Assembly: GCA_043228905.1 (NCBI GenBank)
Contig: JBHGNT010000006.1
Location: forward strand, 21,514,001 to 21,578,000
Length of the DNA: 64,000 bases
Direction of reading: 5' to 3'
Origin: Azolla caroliniana
Lineage: Eukaryota > Plantae > Polypodiophyta
Shown here: positions 11,701 through 20,899 of the stretch, in pieces
How the letters are laid out: every line of letters starts with the position of its first letter
Position numbering within the stretch: the first letter of the stretch is position 1
Program-made: the position numbers and the translations under genes
The notes under the pieces: generated by a model
The model's input: the letters and a program-made list of their open reading frames with translations, nothing else
Told to the model about the DNA's origin: nothing
Databases searched by the model: none

Positions 11701-12160
11701 GGCAACGGTCGACTGGAGGGACGAGGTGAGCCGGGAGGACTTGTTGGCAGCGCGTATACGACAACTCGAACGGAGACCGGAGGACGTGGAGACGGCTGCA
11801 GAAAGGATCCGAGGGGCGAGGATAAAGAACAAGGCCAGGTTCGACCGAACGCACCGACTCCGACCGAAGAAGATCGAACAAGGTGACTGGGTGCTCGTCT
11901 ACGACAGCAGCCTCGACAACCAGCACCGAGCAACGCGGAAGTTCGCACGGAGATGGTTCGGGCCGTACACGGTACAGAGCGCCAACGACAACGGGACGTA
12001 TCATCTGGCAGAACTCGACGGTACGAGAATAGCGATACCCGTGGCCGGGAAGAGGATCAAAGCTTTCAAGAAGCGGCACGACGACGAACCCGACCCGATT
12101 CTCCTGGACAGCAGCGACGACCGATCCGAGGCCGAGGAAGGGCCGGCAGGCGAAGAGTAA
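8663..12160 (+). CDS. pol: Gypsy Pol (RT, RNase H, integrase), probably expressed by -1 frameshift
   Basis: RT (RFIQDLQPVN, DLYSGYDQ, LPQGGTNS, FLDD); RNase H (VDTSPTGIGW, ETDCLP, MADMLSR); IN (HHCC: YHD...GH...CESC; ADRGEL; NGKVER; WFGPY). The frame is open from the slippery site at 8663. Confidence 0.95.
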   Translation, partial: GFLERTAKAWGRDSPDTPGKPHTCTIKPKKPCTIGREFLFSDSGACTIVGIGGREKRKAEGRLRACGVLGPDEEIDGAVEAVSFDDTLGMLGKVVEEGLNEDRTIPVCSEEMYEVIADFGRGLESVRTAHVSTKYKTVDRKVRPVAAPLPEDSASRIKGVASDPSLRDPACIGHTFTDETLRELKIGGGGFLLPAEEDRFRRMLGRHGKAFAFSPEEIGCVDPTIVEPMVIFTVPHVPWNLKPIPVPRAHIPKLMELLRQKVDMGILEPSSAPYSNRWFTVPKKNGSLRFIQDLQPVNRVTIRNAGIGPTIDEFAEAFAGRSIYSIGDLYSGYDQFQLAVESRDITTMRTPLGLVRMCTLPQGGTNSVAHMVNAMNKVLRDCIPDITMPFLDDIPIKGCPVEEKDETIGPDGCRRFVATHIDDCEKVLQRLEDARLTFSGEKSAFGQSEIMVVGHLCGPYGRKPSPAKVEAISAMKPDCSSVTEVRRFLGACAFYHIWIPHYAHVAEPLYGLLKKGRRFEWLDEHAESVRKLKEALAAAPALRKAVYGKGTPVFITVDTSPTGIGWVVNQEDEDGNRFPIRFGAKVLSERQRGYAQVKRELWGIVSAVKADKDYLIGTEVIIETDCLPILGMVSGCATPDLAMLRWIAYIKSLDPEIRHISGKDNAMADMLSRARFDDEGGMVSEDEEVGVDFFEAAYMTTDGMSTPALNEFDASKYDGEWLQIGGFLKTMTPDASWTKDEANRIRKKAYRFFLRDGHLWKHPKKRNGVPLRVVAMKEEQEELLAAYHDSPWAGHRGTWATFEKLKGKYWWPGLYRDVHRFVSTCESCQMHSIVRHRDGLRPTYPPTIHFKWMVDLVTMPMGVGQMRYLVLAREDLTNQVEGRALQNKTTAAVCRFLIEDVICRYGCVGKIVADRGELDTEEAAELFDRLGVKLSLTTAYNPEANGKVERGHGPIVKALVRACGGQIGNWPRLLPYALWADRTTHSSVTGYMPTELMFGQKPIMPMERTISSWATVDWRDEVSREDLLAARIRQLERRPEDVETAAERIRGARIKNKARFDRTHRLRPKKIEQGDWVLVYDSSLDNQHRATRKFARRWFGPYTVQSANDNGTYHLAELDGTRIAIPVAGKRIKAFKKRHDDEPDPILLDSSDDRSEAEEGPAGEE

Positions 12161-12232
12161 AGGCGGGCCGGTTTTCTCCGTGCCAACTTAATTTGGCGCA
12201 TGCCGGTGGATGCGCGGTTAGGTGGGGGCGGA

Positions 12233-12934
12233 TGTCGTGAAGAAAACCGCCCACAAGGGGAATCGGAGGAACAAGGCGTGGGGGGGGAAACGGCTCTACA
12301 CGCACACGCGCGCCAAGAAGTACCTAAGGACGAAGTAGGTACATACGAGGATCCTAGGTGGGAAGATTCGGTTGGTATGCAGTTAATGCCAAACGGCCTC
12401 TTGACGGGATATAAAAAGGAAGGGGAAGAATAGGAGCGGGGGATCTCGCGCAGGAGAGGACGAAGTGCTGCCGAACCGATTTCGAAGCTCTCTCACTCCT
12501 GCTTTCTCTGTCTTCTGCTCCATCGCGTACCTGTGCAGGTTTCGAGGAGGCTTGCGCTGTTCCGTGGAACGCCCCGAGTGCGTCCTGCAGCACCTCCGAC
12601 CTGTTTTCCCCTTTCTGTGCGTCGCGACATACAGGGGTCGGCATCTGTTCGCCGCCCTGTTCGTCTTCGTTAGTATCTATTTCGTGCCCCACCGTGGGTT
12701 GTAATACTTTAGCCTGTTATTTTCTTGCATTCATAAGTACATATCTCTCGTTGTTGCGTCCATCTGCGTCGGCGTTTATTTGTGATCTCTGTTTGTTGGG
12801 CCGTGTCCCTGTGCAATCTTCGGATCTGTGTAATCGGGTCTCTCTCTCCTTCTCCTCTCTCTCTCTTGCTCTTCGGTCCAAGACCCCCGTGGTCCCTCCT
12901 CCTTTCTGCACGCAAGGGCGTAGCAACCCCGACA
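12233..12934 (+). repeat. Gypsy 3' LTR
   Basis: Direct repeat of 5804-6505, preceded by the PPT. Confidence 0.96.
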
Positions 12935-14289
12935 CCGGCTCTAGATAGATGCGTAATGCCGGCCTTGCTGAGGTGTCCTAATCTTCGGTGCCATAGTGAT
13001 GACACAGGAATATCCACCAAAAACAGGTTACCCTCTCTGAGCGTAACATGTAACGGATACAGTGAGTGTATCTTGGGTCCTCTAGCAAGCAGGAGGTTCC
13101 CCCTGTGGAGTGTCCACCCTCCCGAAGAAAAACCGGCACGAATGCCGTCTTCATCTAGTTGTCCGACTGAGATCAATGGCCTTGAGAGCTCGGGTACATG
13201 TCGGACATTGTGGAGTACAAGTGTAGAGCCACCTGCAAGGTTGAGCTCTACTGTGCCGATTCCGATGATGTCACAGTGTTGTGAGTTGCCGACCCGAACT
13301 GAGTCGGAGTGACGGATCGTATATTGCCGAAATTGGGACCGATGAGGAGTCACATGAAATGACGCGCCCGAATCCAAGAGCCATGTGCTCGATTCTTCAG
13401 TCGTGAGCAGAACTTCTGATCCGGCTGGATTTTCGATTGATAGTATATTCGGGTCGTCCGGTAGTACATCAGCTGAGAAGCTGACGTAATTGATCTTCTC
13501 ATGCCGGCCACTCTTCTTGTTGTTCTTGTTCTTGAGTGCGCGGCAGTCGGCTTTGATGTGTCCGGGTTTCTTGCAATAGTTGCAGATTCGGTTATCCCGT
13601 GACTGGCTCCGTCTTCGCTGATTGTTCGGCGGCCATGAGGAATCTCTTCCTCGTATGTTCGATCGGTCTATCGAACCTTGCACTACATAAGCGTCGTCTG
13701 TTGAGTCTTTGGCGAAAGACTTTCTCCGAGCTGCTTCGGTCAGGATTGCGCTCGTGACTTCGGAGTATTTAACAGCCGTGGTTGACGCGTTGCACACGGT
13801 TGTGACGAAAGTTTCCCATGATGAGGGAAGGCTGCTCATGAGTATCATTGCTCTGAGTTCATCCTCTATTGCCGTCCCCTGTGACGAGATTTGGGAGCTT
13901 ATGCTTTCGTACTCATTGAGATGTGCTTGAACCGAATCGGATTCTTTCATCCGCAAGTTGTAGAGGCGCCGGATCAGAAACATCTTTGTTGCAGCGACCT
14001 TCTTTTCGTAGGTGTCCGACAGTGTTTTCCACAGTTCGAATGCTGTCGTACACGATTGCACCGTAAAGTATACCGATTCCGATAGGTGCATCCGAATCGT
14101 GGCGCGGACGATTCTGTCCAGCTTCTGCCACTCAATTGGTTTGTATCCTTCTGGAGGTTCTTCATTTTCGATGGGATCGATTTGTCCCTTGACTATGAGA
14201 TAGTCCTGCATTTGCTCTTTCCAGAAGTTGAAGTTCGATCCATCGAACTTTCGTAGACTCATTTCTGACGAGCCGGATGTTGATGCCAT
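12935..14289 (-). CDS. gag: Copia polyprotein, 5' part: Gag, protease, GAG-pre-integrase
   Basis: KFDGSNFNFWK, CNYCKKPGHIKADC, WLLDSGASFH, LWHRRLGH. Removing the Gypsy and one CCGG fuses it in frame with 3141-5799 (...HLSRAG|YIPKL...), giving about 1337 aa. Confidence 0.95.
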
Positions 14290-14949
14290 CAAATTTGGTT
14301 TCTGTTGACGAAGCTCGGTTCGGAGTTGACTACGAACCTTGTTGGAGTGCAGCCGGTTGGCTCACCCGATATCGTTCTAGTCGGATTTGAACCCGAGTCG
14401 GTTCGGCTTCGGAACTTGCTCGAATTGACTCCGGTAGCTTGAGGGACAGAACCGAATGGTCTTCCCGAGTGTTGCCGAGTCAGAGTGAGCCCGGTTCGCT
14501 TCGGATATATATGCCGAATACCGATTATTGAAACCGATTGTCTGGACCGATTCTGCTTCGGGTGGCTGCAGCGACGAGAGAGACAGATCCAACTGATCCT
14601 CTCGAATGTCGATCAGCCGTATGAAGCACGAATTTGGGGTTGTTGTCTTGAGACCGATCTGCACCGAGTGGTTACAACGAGCAGCGAGCAGCGTTTAACG
14701 ACCTTTTCGGATGCCGTTTAACCGAATGGAGCACGATCGTGTCAATGATGCACAAGGGGATTTCACCTCGAGCAGTTACGATCACAAGGAACAGAGTACA
14801 ACCTGATGGCTTACTCCAAGCAAGAGGATCTAACGCGATGAGGTGCAAACCTCGTTTTTGTTCTTCTTCTCTCTTTCTTCGAATGACGCGAGGAAACCGA
14901 ATGCTGAGACGACGGCCGACAGCGGATTGAAGGACCGACTACTGTGCAG

Positions 14950-14961
14950 GCTCTGATACCA
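14950..14961 (-). promoter_or_regulatory. PBS (tRNA-iMet) of the Copia element
   Basis: TGGTATCAGAGC on the minus strand, 2 nt from the LTR end. Confidence 0.92.
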
Positions 14962-14963
14962 GA

Positions 14964-15253
14964 TGTTGGAGACGAGGTCGTCAATGCGGAAGATCAAGAA
15001 CCATTCGATTCTTGCTGAATACCTGCGTATGACAGATTATAGGTCGTGCACAGAGAGAGAGAGAGAGAGAGAGAGACACAAAAGAGTCTTTATTCCATAA
15101 AGCAAATAATACAACACCCAACCTTCCAAAAAAGGTTACAAGGTCAATATATATATATAGTGACCGACTTAGGGCAACTACCCTTTATGCTAATTACATA
15201 AATGGCCAAAACGGGATAGTGTGAATACGTCCATTATACACATGTATTCGACA
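14964..15253 (-). repeat. Copia 5' LTR (290 bp)
   Basis: Near-identical to 2656-2947. Confidence 0.95.
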
Positions 15254-15258
15254 GGGTC

Positions 15259-16153
15259 CCCACCCGTTGTGTCCCAAACAGTTTTGTTCCTCATTTTGGA
15301 GGTTCCGTTTAGTGTTAATAAACTTCTGTGTATAATGTCTATTTTTGTCTTCTCTTCATCTTGGTGTGTGGGTGCGTTGTCTCTATTTTCTGTTAGGGTT
15401 TCAATGTCTTCTGTGTGCGTGTGTAGGCGGTATGTTCGGTTGTGGCAGGAGGTGTGCGGACTGTCTGTGCTTTCCCTGAGTTCCTGCTCGTTGGCTCTCA
15501 GCACTCCGCGGTCCGGCATGTCTGCGAGTGTGTGTGTAGGTGCTGGGTTTTGTTGCCTATGCAGAGCGCGCGCTAGGTGGTTCGTTGGCATGTCTCCCTC
15601 CTTGGCGCGCAAGACCCCACTCGGTTCAGCGAGCCCGTGCGCTCCCTGAAGGTGGCTTGACACAGGAGGCGGTCGTTCTGGAAGAGGCATGCCCTGCATG
15701 AGGGTCTCGTTGCGCGAATGAGCCCAAGAGCTCCCCGACCGACCCTAGGATGCAAGCTCCCTCCTCCTTTCTGTGCGGAATTGGCGTCACAGCGAGTGTC
15801 ACGTGTGTAGGTGTGTGTGTGTCTCTGGTTAGCGTAGGGTCCAAGAGCGGGTGTGTGTGTGGTCATCGGTGTAGAGGTGTCGGCTATAACCGAGTGTGTA
15901 TATGTGTGTGTGCGGGCGCGGTTAACTAGGCCGTGTCCTGTGCCTCTTTTGGGCCCCTTGTACATATGGACGAGGGTGTGCCCTCTCGCCTCCTGTGCGG
16001 TTACCGGTTGCATCCGGAGAATATCTGGGATCAAACCGGCTGGCAACGCGGCAAGCCGCAGAGGATTCGTATCCCTGACAACTCCTCCCCTCCTGGTCCA
16101 TGACCCTGGTGGTCCCACCTGCATCTGACATGCAAGCGCGGATTGTCGCGACA
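15259..16153 (+). repeat. 5' LTR of non-autonomous element, right part
   Basis: Collinear with about 19283-20201; ends GCGACA and is followed by the Trp PBS. Confidence 0.88.
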
Positions 16154-16729
16154 TCTTTGGTGAACCCGATGTGAAGGGCGGCAAGGGAGGCTGGAGTTCG
16201 AGGCCGAAGACTTCGAGAAGGAGAGTCGAGATGCGGCGCATCGAGATGGGTGAGGTCGAAGAAGTCAATTGTTACAACGGGGACGGAGTCCTACGAGTTT
16301 CACCAAAGGCTCGACCGTCCAACATAAAAAGGAGGAGCTCCGAGCAGCTCACAGAGCGTGGTCGCCCAGATGCGAAACGAAGGTGGCGTGCAACAGCGCA
16401 ACATCACAGCAGTAAGCGGGCGCGCGGACGAGATGGACGTGGTTGAACCAGAGGCTAAGCGGGGCATGACGGTGCCGGTACGGGACGAGCCGCCTTCTTT
16501 TACATGGGGAGAAAGACCGGTCGGGCGAAGGTTGGGAATCGGGAAGAAGATGATCGAGGGTACAGAACAAGTCCGGTAGGATCGATATCGGATCCAAAAC
16601 TCCGGACATTGGAGAATCAAGCCCAGGCGGGGCTTGATCGATCATAGAGTGGATGCTTACCACCGACACCACTAAAAGGGTCGGTGGCCCCGGATGGGTC
16701 GTCGGGAGTCATTACAAAATCGGTATCCC

Positions 16730-18700
16730 CACATCTTGACCGGAGACTTCGGCAGTTCAGCCCGCGTGGCAATGTGAGACCGAAAGAGATGGAAGATGGA
16801 GGTGGGAGCACAGCAAGGAGAGCGACGACGAGTCCGGGAGAAGTACAAGGGATGAAACGAAGAACGAAGACTGGTCCTATCGGTCATCTCACACCGGGCT
16901 AAAGACTTCGGCGGTCGGCATCGGATCCGACGTAAGACCAAGATACTGACAGTGGCGGCAGAAGAATGGGACCCAACAATCCAGAGAGTGACGGACAAAC
17001 CCAGATGAGAACCGGGCGGAGCGGAGTTTCGGATAACTGATCTGGGAGGGAGGAGAGAGAAGGCCTACAGAGAGGCCGGGAACACGGTGCGTCGGTGCAA
17101 CGGGAGAGGGTATGGAGCGAGCCACCCTCTCGACACGCGGAGAAGGAAGACCCGGAATAAGGGTCAGAGATACGACGAGCCCGAGGAGGATCCTTCACAC
17201 CGGTTCTAGAGACTTCGACGGTCGGCCCGAGAGCCGCCGTGAGGCCTAGAATGACGAACGGTGGCGGCGAGGAGACGAAGGCAAAAGGGCTGCGGAGATC
17301 CTCACACCGATCCGGCGGTCGGCCCGAGAGCCGACGTGAGTCCTATAGGAAGGACGGTGGCACCAGGTGAACATGACCAACAGAAGAGGCCAACGCGGAG
17401 GTCGGGACTACGGCGAGAGAAAGACGGCAAGCGGTGCTGCCACGACCTTACACACACCGGTTCTAGAGACTGGCAGTCAGCCCGAGAGCTAGCGTGAGAC
17501 CTAGAATAACGAACAGTGGTGGCAGTAAGAAGGGTGACCAGAGATAGGAAAGGGGAGGTCCCACGAAGACACTCACACCGATCCGGAGACTCCAACGGTT
17601 GGCCCGAGAGCCGGCGTAAGACCTAGAGAGAAGGACGGTGGCGGTAGGAGAACGTGATCGGACAACGGAAAGCAAGGCGAAAAGAGGTATGAGGCGGCTG
17701 AGGCGGCCATGAACCGTATATGGATCCGACTAGCAAAGTCAGCATGACAAAGATCGCACGCGCTTGGTACACGAGTCGGTGACCCAACAAAACGGAGGCC
17801 CAAGAAGGATCCTTCACACCTGTCCGGAGACTCCGGTAGTTCAGCCGACGTGGCAACGTGAGACCGAGGGTAATGGAAGGTGGCGGCAAGGGGATGAAGG
17901 TGGCAACAATAGAGGCACCGACCAGCCAAGGCGTTACGTGAACAAAGGAGGCCATGCGGGCCGGGACGCGGCAAGGGTGATCTTCTGGTAAGTTGCTGGG
18001 GACACCCGGTTAAGGAGCGGTGTGCCGAGCCGGAAAGGGCACATCCGAAAGCAGAACGGAAGACGTGCGTGTGGCCATCGAGGGCTGAAGCAAAGCACGG
18101 GTACGGGATGGTGCCGAAAAAGGAAGGCGGAAGATGGCACACGGCGGTGCCGGGAACGAGAACACGGGCGCGCGTAAACGGACTACGTGGAATGGAGACC
18201 GAAAACAAGATTGAGGGCCTGAGAAGGATCCTCCACACCCGCTTTGGAGATCTCGGCGGCTCAGTTGCAGTGGCAATGACTGGCGTGGCAGGCCAAACCT
18301 GAGATAACAAGCTGGTGGGGGCGAGGGGACGACGGCAAGTGGAAGGTTCCAAACCGGTGGCAACAACGCAAGACGAAAGTGGCCAATTGGGCTCCAATGG
18401 GGTGTTCCTCGTACGTGGAGGACACCGGTGTTCGTAGAAGTAGTGATGCACGATTTGGCCGGGCGAAGGCCGACAATACGTGCATGGGAGGTGATCAGAG
18501 TTCAACACGGGCGGTGCCAAGCCGGACCAAGGGGATGCGCAGCACACGGAGGTGCCAGAGCGGGAGTACAGGCGCGATGATGGGTTGCCGGTCCAAGGTG
18601 ATCTCACGTAGAAGGCTAGAGAGGGATCCTCCACACTGGTTCCGGAGACCTTGGCAGTTCCGCCGCCTTGGCGACGTAAGACCAAGGAGAAGGTAGGTGG
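16730..18700 (+). repeat. About 9 dispersed, degenerate 70-90-nt repeats inside the non-autonomous element
   Basis: Consensus ggatccttcacaccg.t.c.ggagact.cggcgtcggcccgagagccgacgt(g/a)agacc near 16730, 16885, 17187, 17297, 17450, 17572, 17807, 18226 and 18624. Confidence 0.75.
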
Positions 18701-19045
18701 CGGCTAGGGGACGAAGGCAGTGGAGATAAGCGCGGAACGAGAATCGGGACGACGCGAAGGTCGACCGAGGCCAAGTGGGCCATCATGGGTGCTCCTCAGA
18801 CAGAGGACACTGCTTATCTGAAGGAACGAGAAGCGTGCATGCGGTCGAAAGAAGGGCCAACGGGAAAGCACGCACACTAGGGATCGCAGCGAATGACCTA
18901 TCGACGAATCAATCAAGCCTACGGTGGGGCCAAATGCGGTAGCTGGAGTGCGGATTACAGAAGACGAGTTCCTCACCTACCAAAGTCTTTCACCTTTTCC
19001 CGAATTTGGCACATACCGGTGGCTGTGCGGTTTGGTAGGGGCGGA

Positions 19046-20201
19046 TATCATGAAGATTCTGGGCTACGGTCAGAAACCGGAAGATAGTGGAGGAATCGGC
19101 AAGGTGATCCATGTGCACCTACTTTTGTAAAACTTGTATAGGGAAATGGGGGCGCCTTTATGACATCGAGCAACAATAAAGTCGGGACGGACGATCCCAT
19201 GCATCATGGGATTTATCCCACATAGTCGTGCGACCCTCACCTTGTTCTATAAAATGGAGGGCGCGCTTCTGGTACAAGGGTCCCCACCCATTGGGTCCCA
19301 AACATTTTTATTCCTCATTTTGGAGGTTCCGTTTAGTGTTAATAAAATTCTGCGTATAATGTCTATTTTTGTCTTCTCTTCATCTTGGTGTGTGGGTGCG
19401 TTGTCTCTATTTTCTGTTAGGGTTTCAATGTCTTCTGTGTGCGTGTGTAGGCGGTATGTTCGGTTGTGGCAGGAGGTGTGCGGACTGTTTGTGCTTTCCC
19501 TGAGTTCCTGCTTGTTGGTTCTCAACACTCTGCGGTCTGGTATGTCTGCGAGTGTGTGTGTAGGTGTTGGGTTCTGTTGCCCATGCATAGCACGCGCTAG
19601 GTGGTTCGTTGGCATGTCTCCCTCCTTGGCGCGCAAGACCCCACTCGGTTCAGTGAGCCCGTGCGCTCCCTAAAGGTGGCTTGGCACAGGAGGCGGTCAT
19701 TCTGGAAGAGGCATGCCCTGCACGAGGGTCCCATTGCGCGAACGAGCCCAAGAGCTCCCCGACCGGCCCTAGGATGCAGGCTCCCTCTTCCTCTCCGTGC
19801 GGAACTAGCGTTGCAGTGAGCGTCGCGTGTGTAGGTGTGTGTGTGTGTCTCCTGTTAGCGTAGGGTTCGAGAGCGGGTGCGTGTGTGGTAGCCGGTGTAG
19901 AGGTGCCGGCTGTAATTGGGTATGTATATGTGTGTGTGTGTGCGGGCGTGGTTAACCGGGGCATGTCCCGTGCCTCTTTTGGGCCCCTTGTACATACGAG
20001 CGAAAGGGACGGCAAGGACAAGGGCGCGCCCTCTCGCCTCCTATGCGGTTACCGGTCGTGTCCGGAGAATATCCGGGATTGAACCGGTTGGCAATGCGGC
20101 AAGCCCCGGAGGATTCATGTCCCCGACAACTCCTCCCCTCCTGGTCCATGACCCTAGTGGTCCCACCCGGATCCGACATGCAAGCGCGGATTGCCGCGAC
20201 A
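19046..20201 (+). repeat. 3' LTR of non-autonomous element (1156 bp)
   Basis: Begins TATCATGAAG (TG mutated to TA), ends GCGACA, followed by the TSD CCGT. Confidence 0.88.
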
Positions 20202-20899
20202 CCGTATAGGTGTATGAGAGTATTCCCCAAAATAGGATTCAAAGACTTGTGGGGTTGATATCTGGATGTCGTTGTGGCCGTTATGTTTTAGAGCAAGCGT
20301 TGTTCGAATCTGGTCATTGGTGATTGTTTCGGCGTGAATGTGATGGCCGATCTCTTGTGCTTTGGGATGGGGCGGCACATCTGAGACTTTGACATAACCA
20401 TTGAGGCTATGGCTTTTCAGCTAGGTGCGGAGCTCAGTGGAAACTTCGATAGGCATGGGGATTGTTGCGGTTATTTTGGGGGAATGGAGAGGTGGGGTGG
20501 TTCTGTGCTATGAGGAGCTTCGTTGGAGAGCGTGGAAAGTCTAGGCTTCTGTTGTTGCTTCTCGTGCGAAATGACTCTGTGCCTCTATGGAAGCGTTTTT
20601 GGTAGGCATTGCATTTCCCGATGTGTGGCTATGTGCCCTAGATTCAGAATCCTTCTTGCCATTAACCTGGTATTAATGCCACGTGTCGAGAACAAACTTG
20701 TACTTGCTTTTATTGAACTGAGTGCATGCACATGCACTTTAAATACCAACTTGGTGGACTTAATAATCACACCTAATATACATGTTAGGGTAGGTGGGGT
20801 TGCTATCCTTATTGTGGCAAGGTAGACTCGTGAGCCACCTTTTGACCTACTTCCGGCAATCCGTGGTCTTGTTGTTTGTCGGAAAAGGGGTTTGGATAT

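Larger units (their letters stand above)
5804..12934 (+). mobile_element. Intact, very young Ty3/Gypsy LTR retrotransposon (non-chromovirus, tRNA-Trp primed; Phygy/Ylt1-like by inference)
   Basis: 702-bp LTRs 5804-6505 and 12233-12934 with one substitution noticed. 4-bp TSD CCGG at 5800-5803 and 12935-12938. PBS 6509-6526; PPT aggtgggggcgga 12220-12232; uninterrupted gag-PR and RT-RH-IN ORFs. Confidence 0.97.
2656..15253 (-). mobile_element. Young Ty1/Copia LTR retrotransposon (Tnt1/Tork-like), interrupted by a Gypsy element
   Basis: LTRs 2656-2947 and 14964-15253 (TG...CA) appear to differ only in (GA)n/(TA)n length. 5-bp TSD GGGTC at 2651-2655 and 15254-15258. tRNA-Met PBS at 14950-14961; PPT next to 2948; gag-PR-IN-RT-RH domain order. 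Confidence 0.97.
2420..20201 (+). mobile_element. Non-autonomous (LARD-like) LTR retroelement of the Trp-primed Gypsy group; its 5' LTR is split by a Copia insertion
   Basis: 5' LTR is 2420-2655 plus 15259-16153; 3' LTR is 19046-20201. TSD CCGT at 2416-2419 and 20202-20205. PBS TGGTGAACCCGATGTGAA at 16158; PPT ggtaggggcgga before 19046. The 2.9-kb interior has no RT/IN, only a gag-like remnant (VEEVNCYNGDGV). Confidence 0.88.

Noticed and set aside
12709-12934. C-terminal extension of the Copia Gag ORF (527-aa ORF-track entry)
   Set aside because: Read-through into the inserted Gypsy LTR, not a genuine domain.
17573-18685. 370-aa minus-strand ORF and other long antisense or overlapping ORFs in 3.4-20 kb
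   Set aside because: GC-rich TE sequence with few stops and no recognisable domains; these are shadows of real ORFs or LTRs.
16154-20201. Retrozyme (hammerhead-containing LTR element)
   Set aside because: I could not find a CUGANGA...GAAA hammerhead core with supporting stems by eye.
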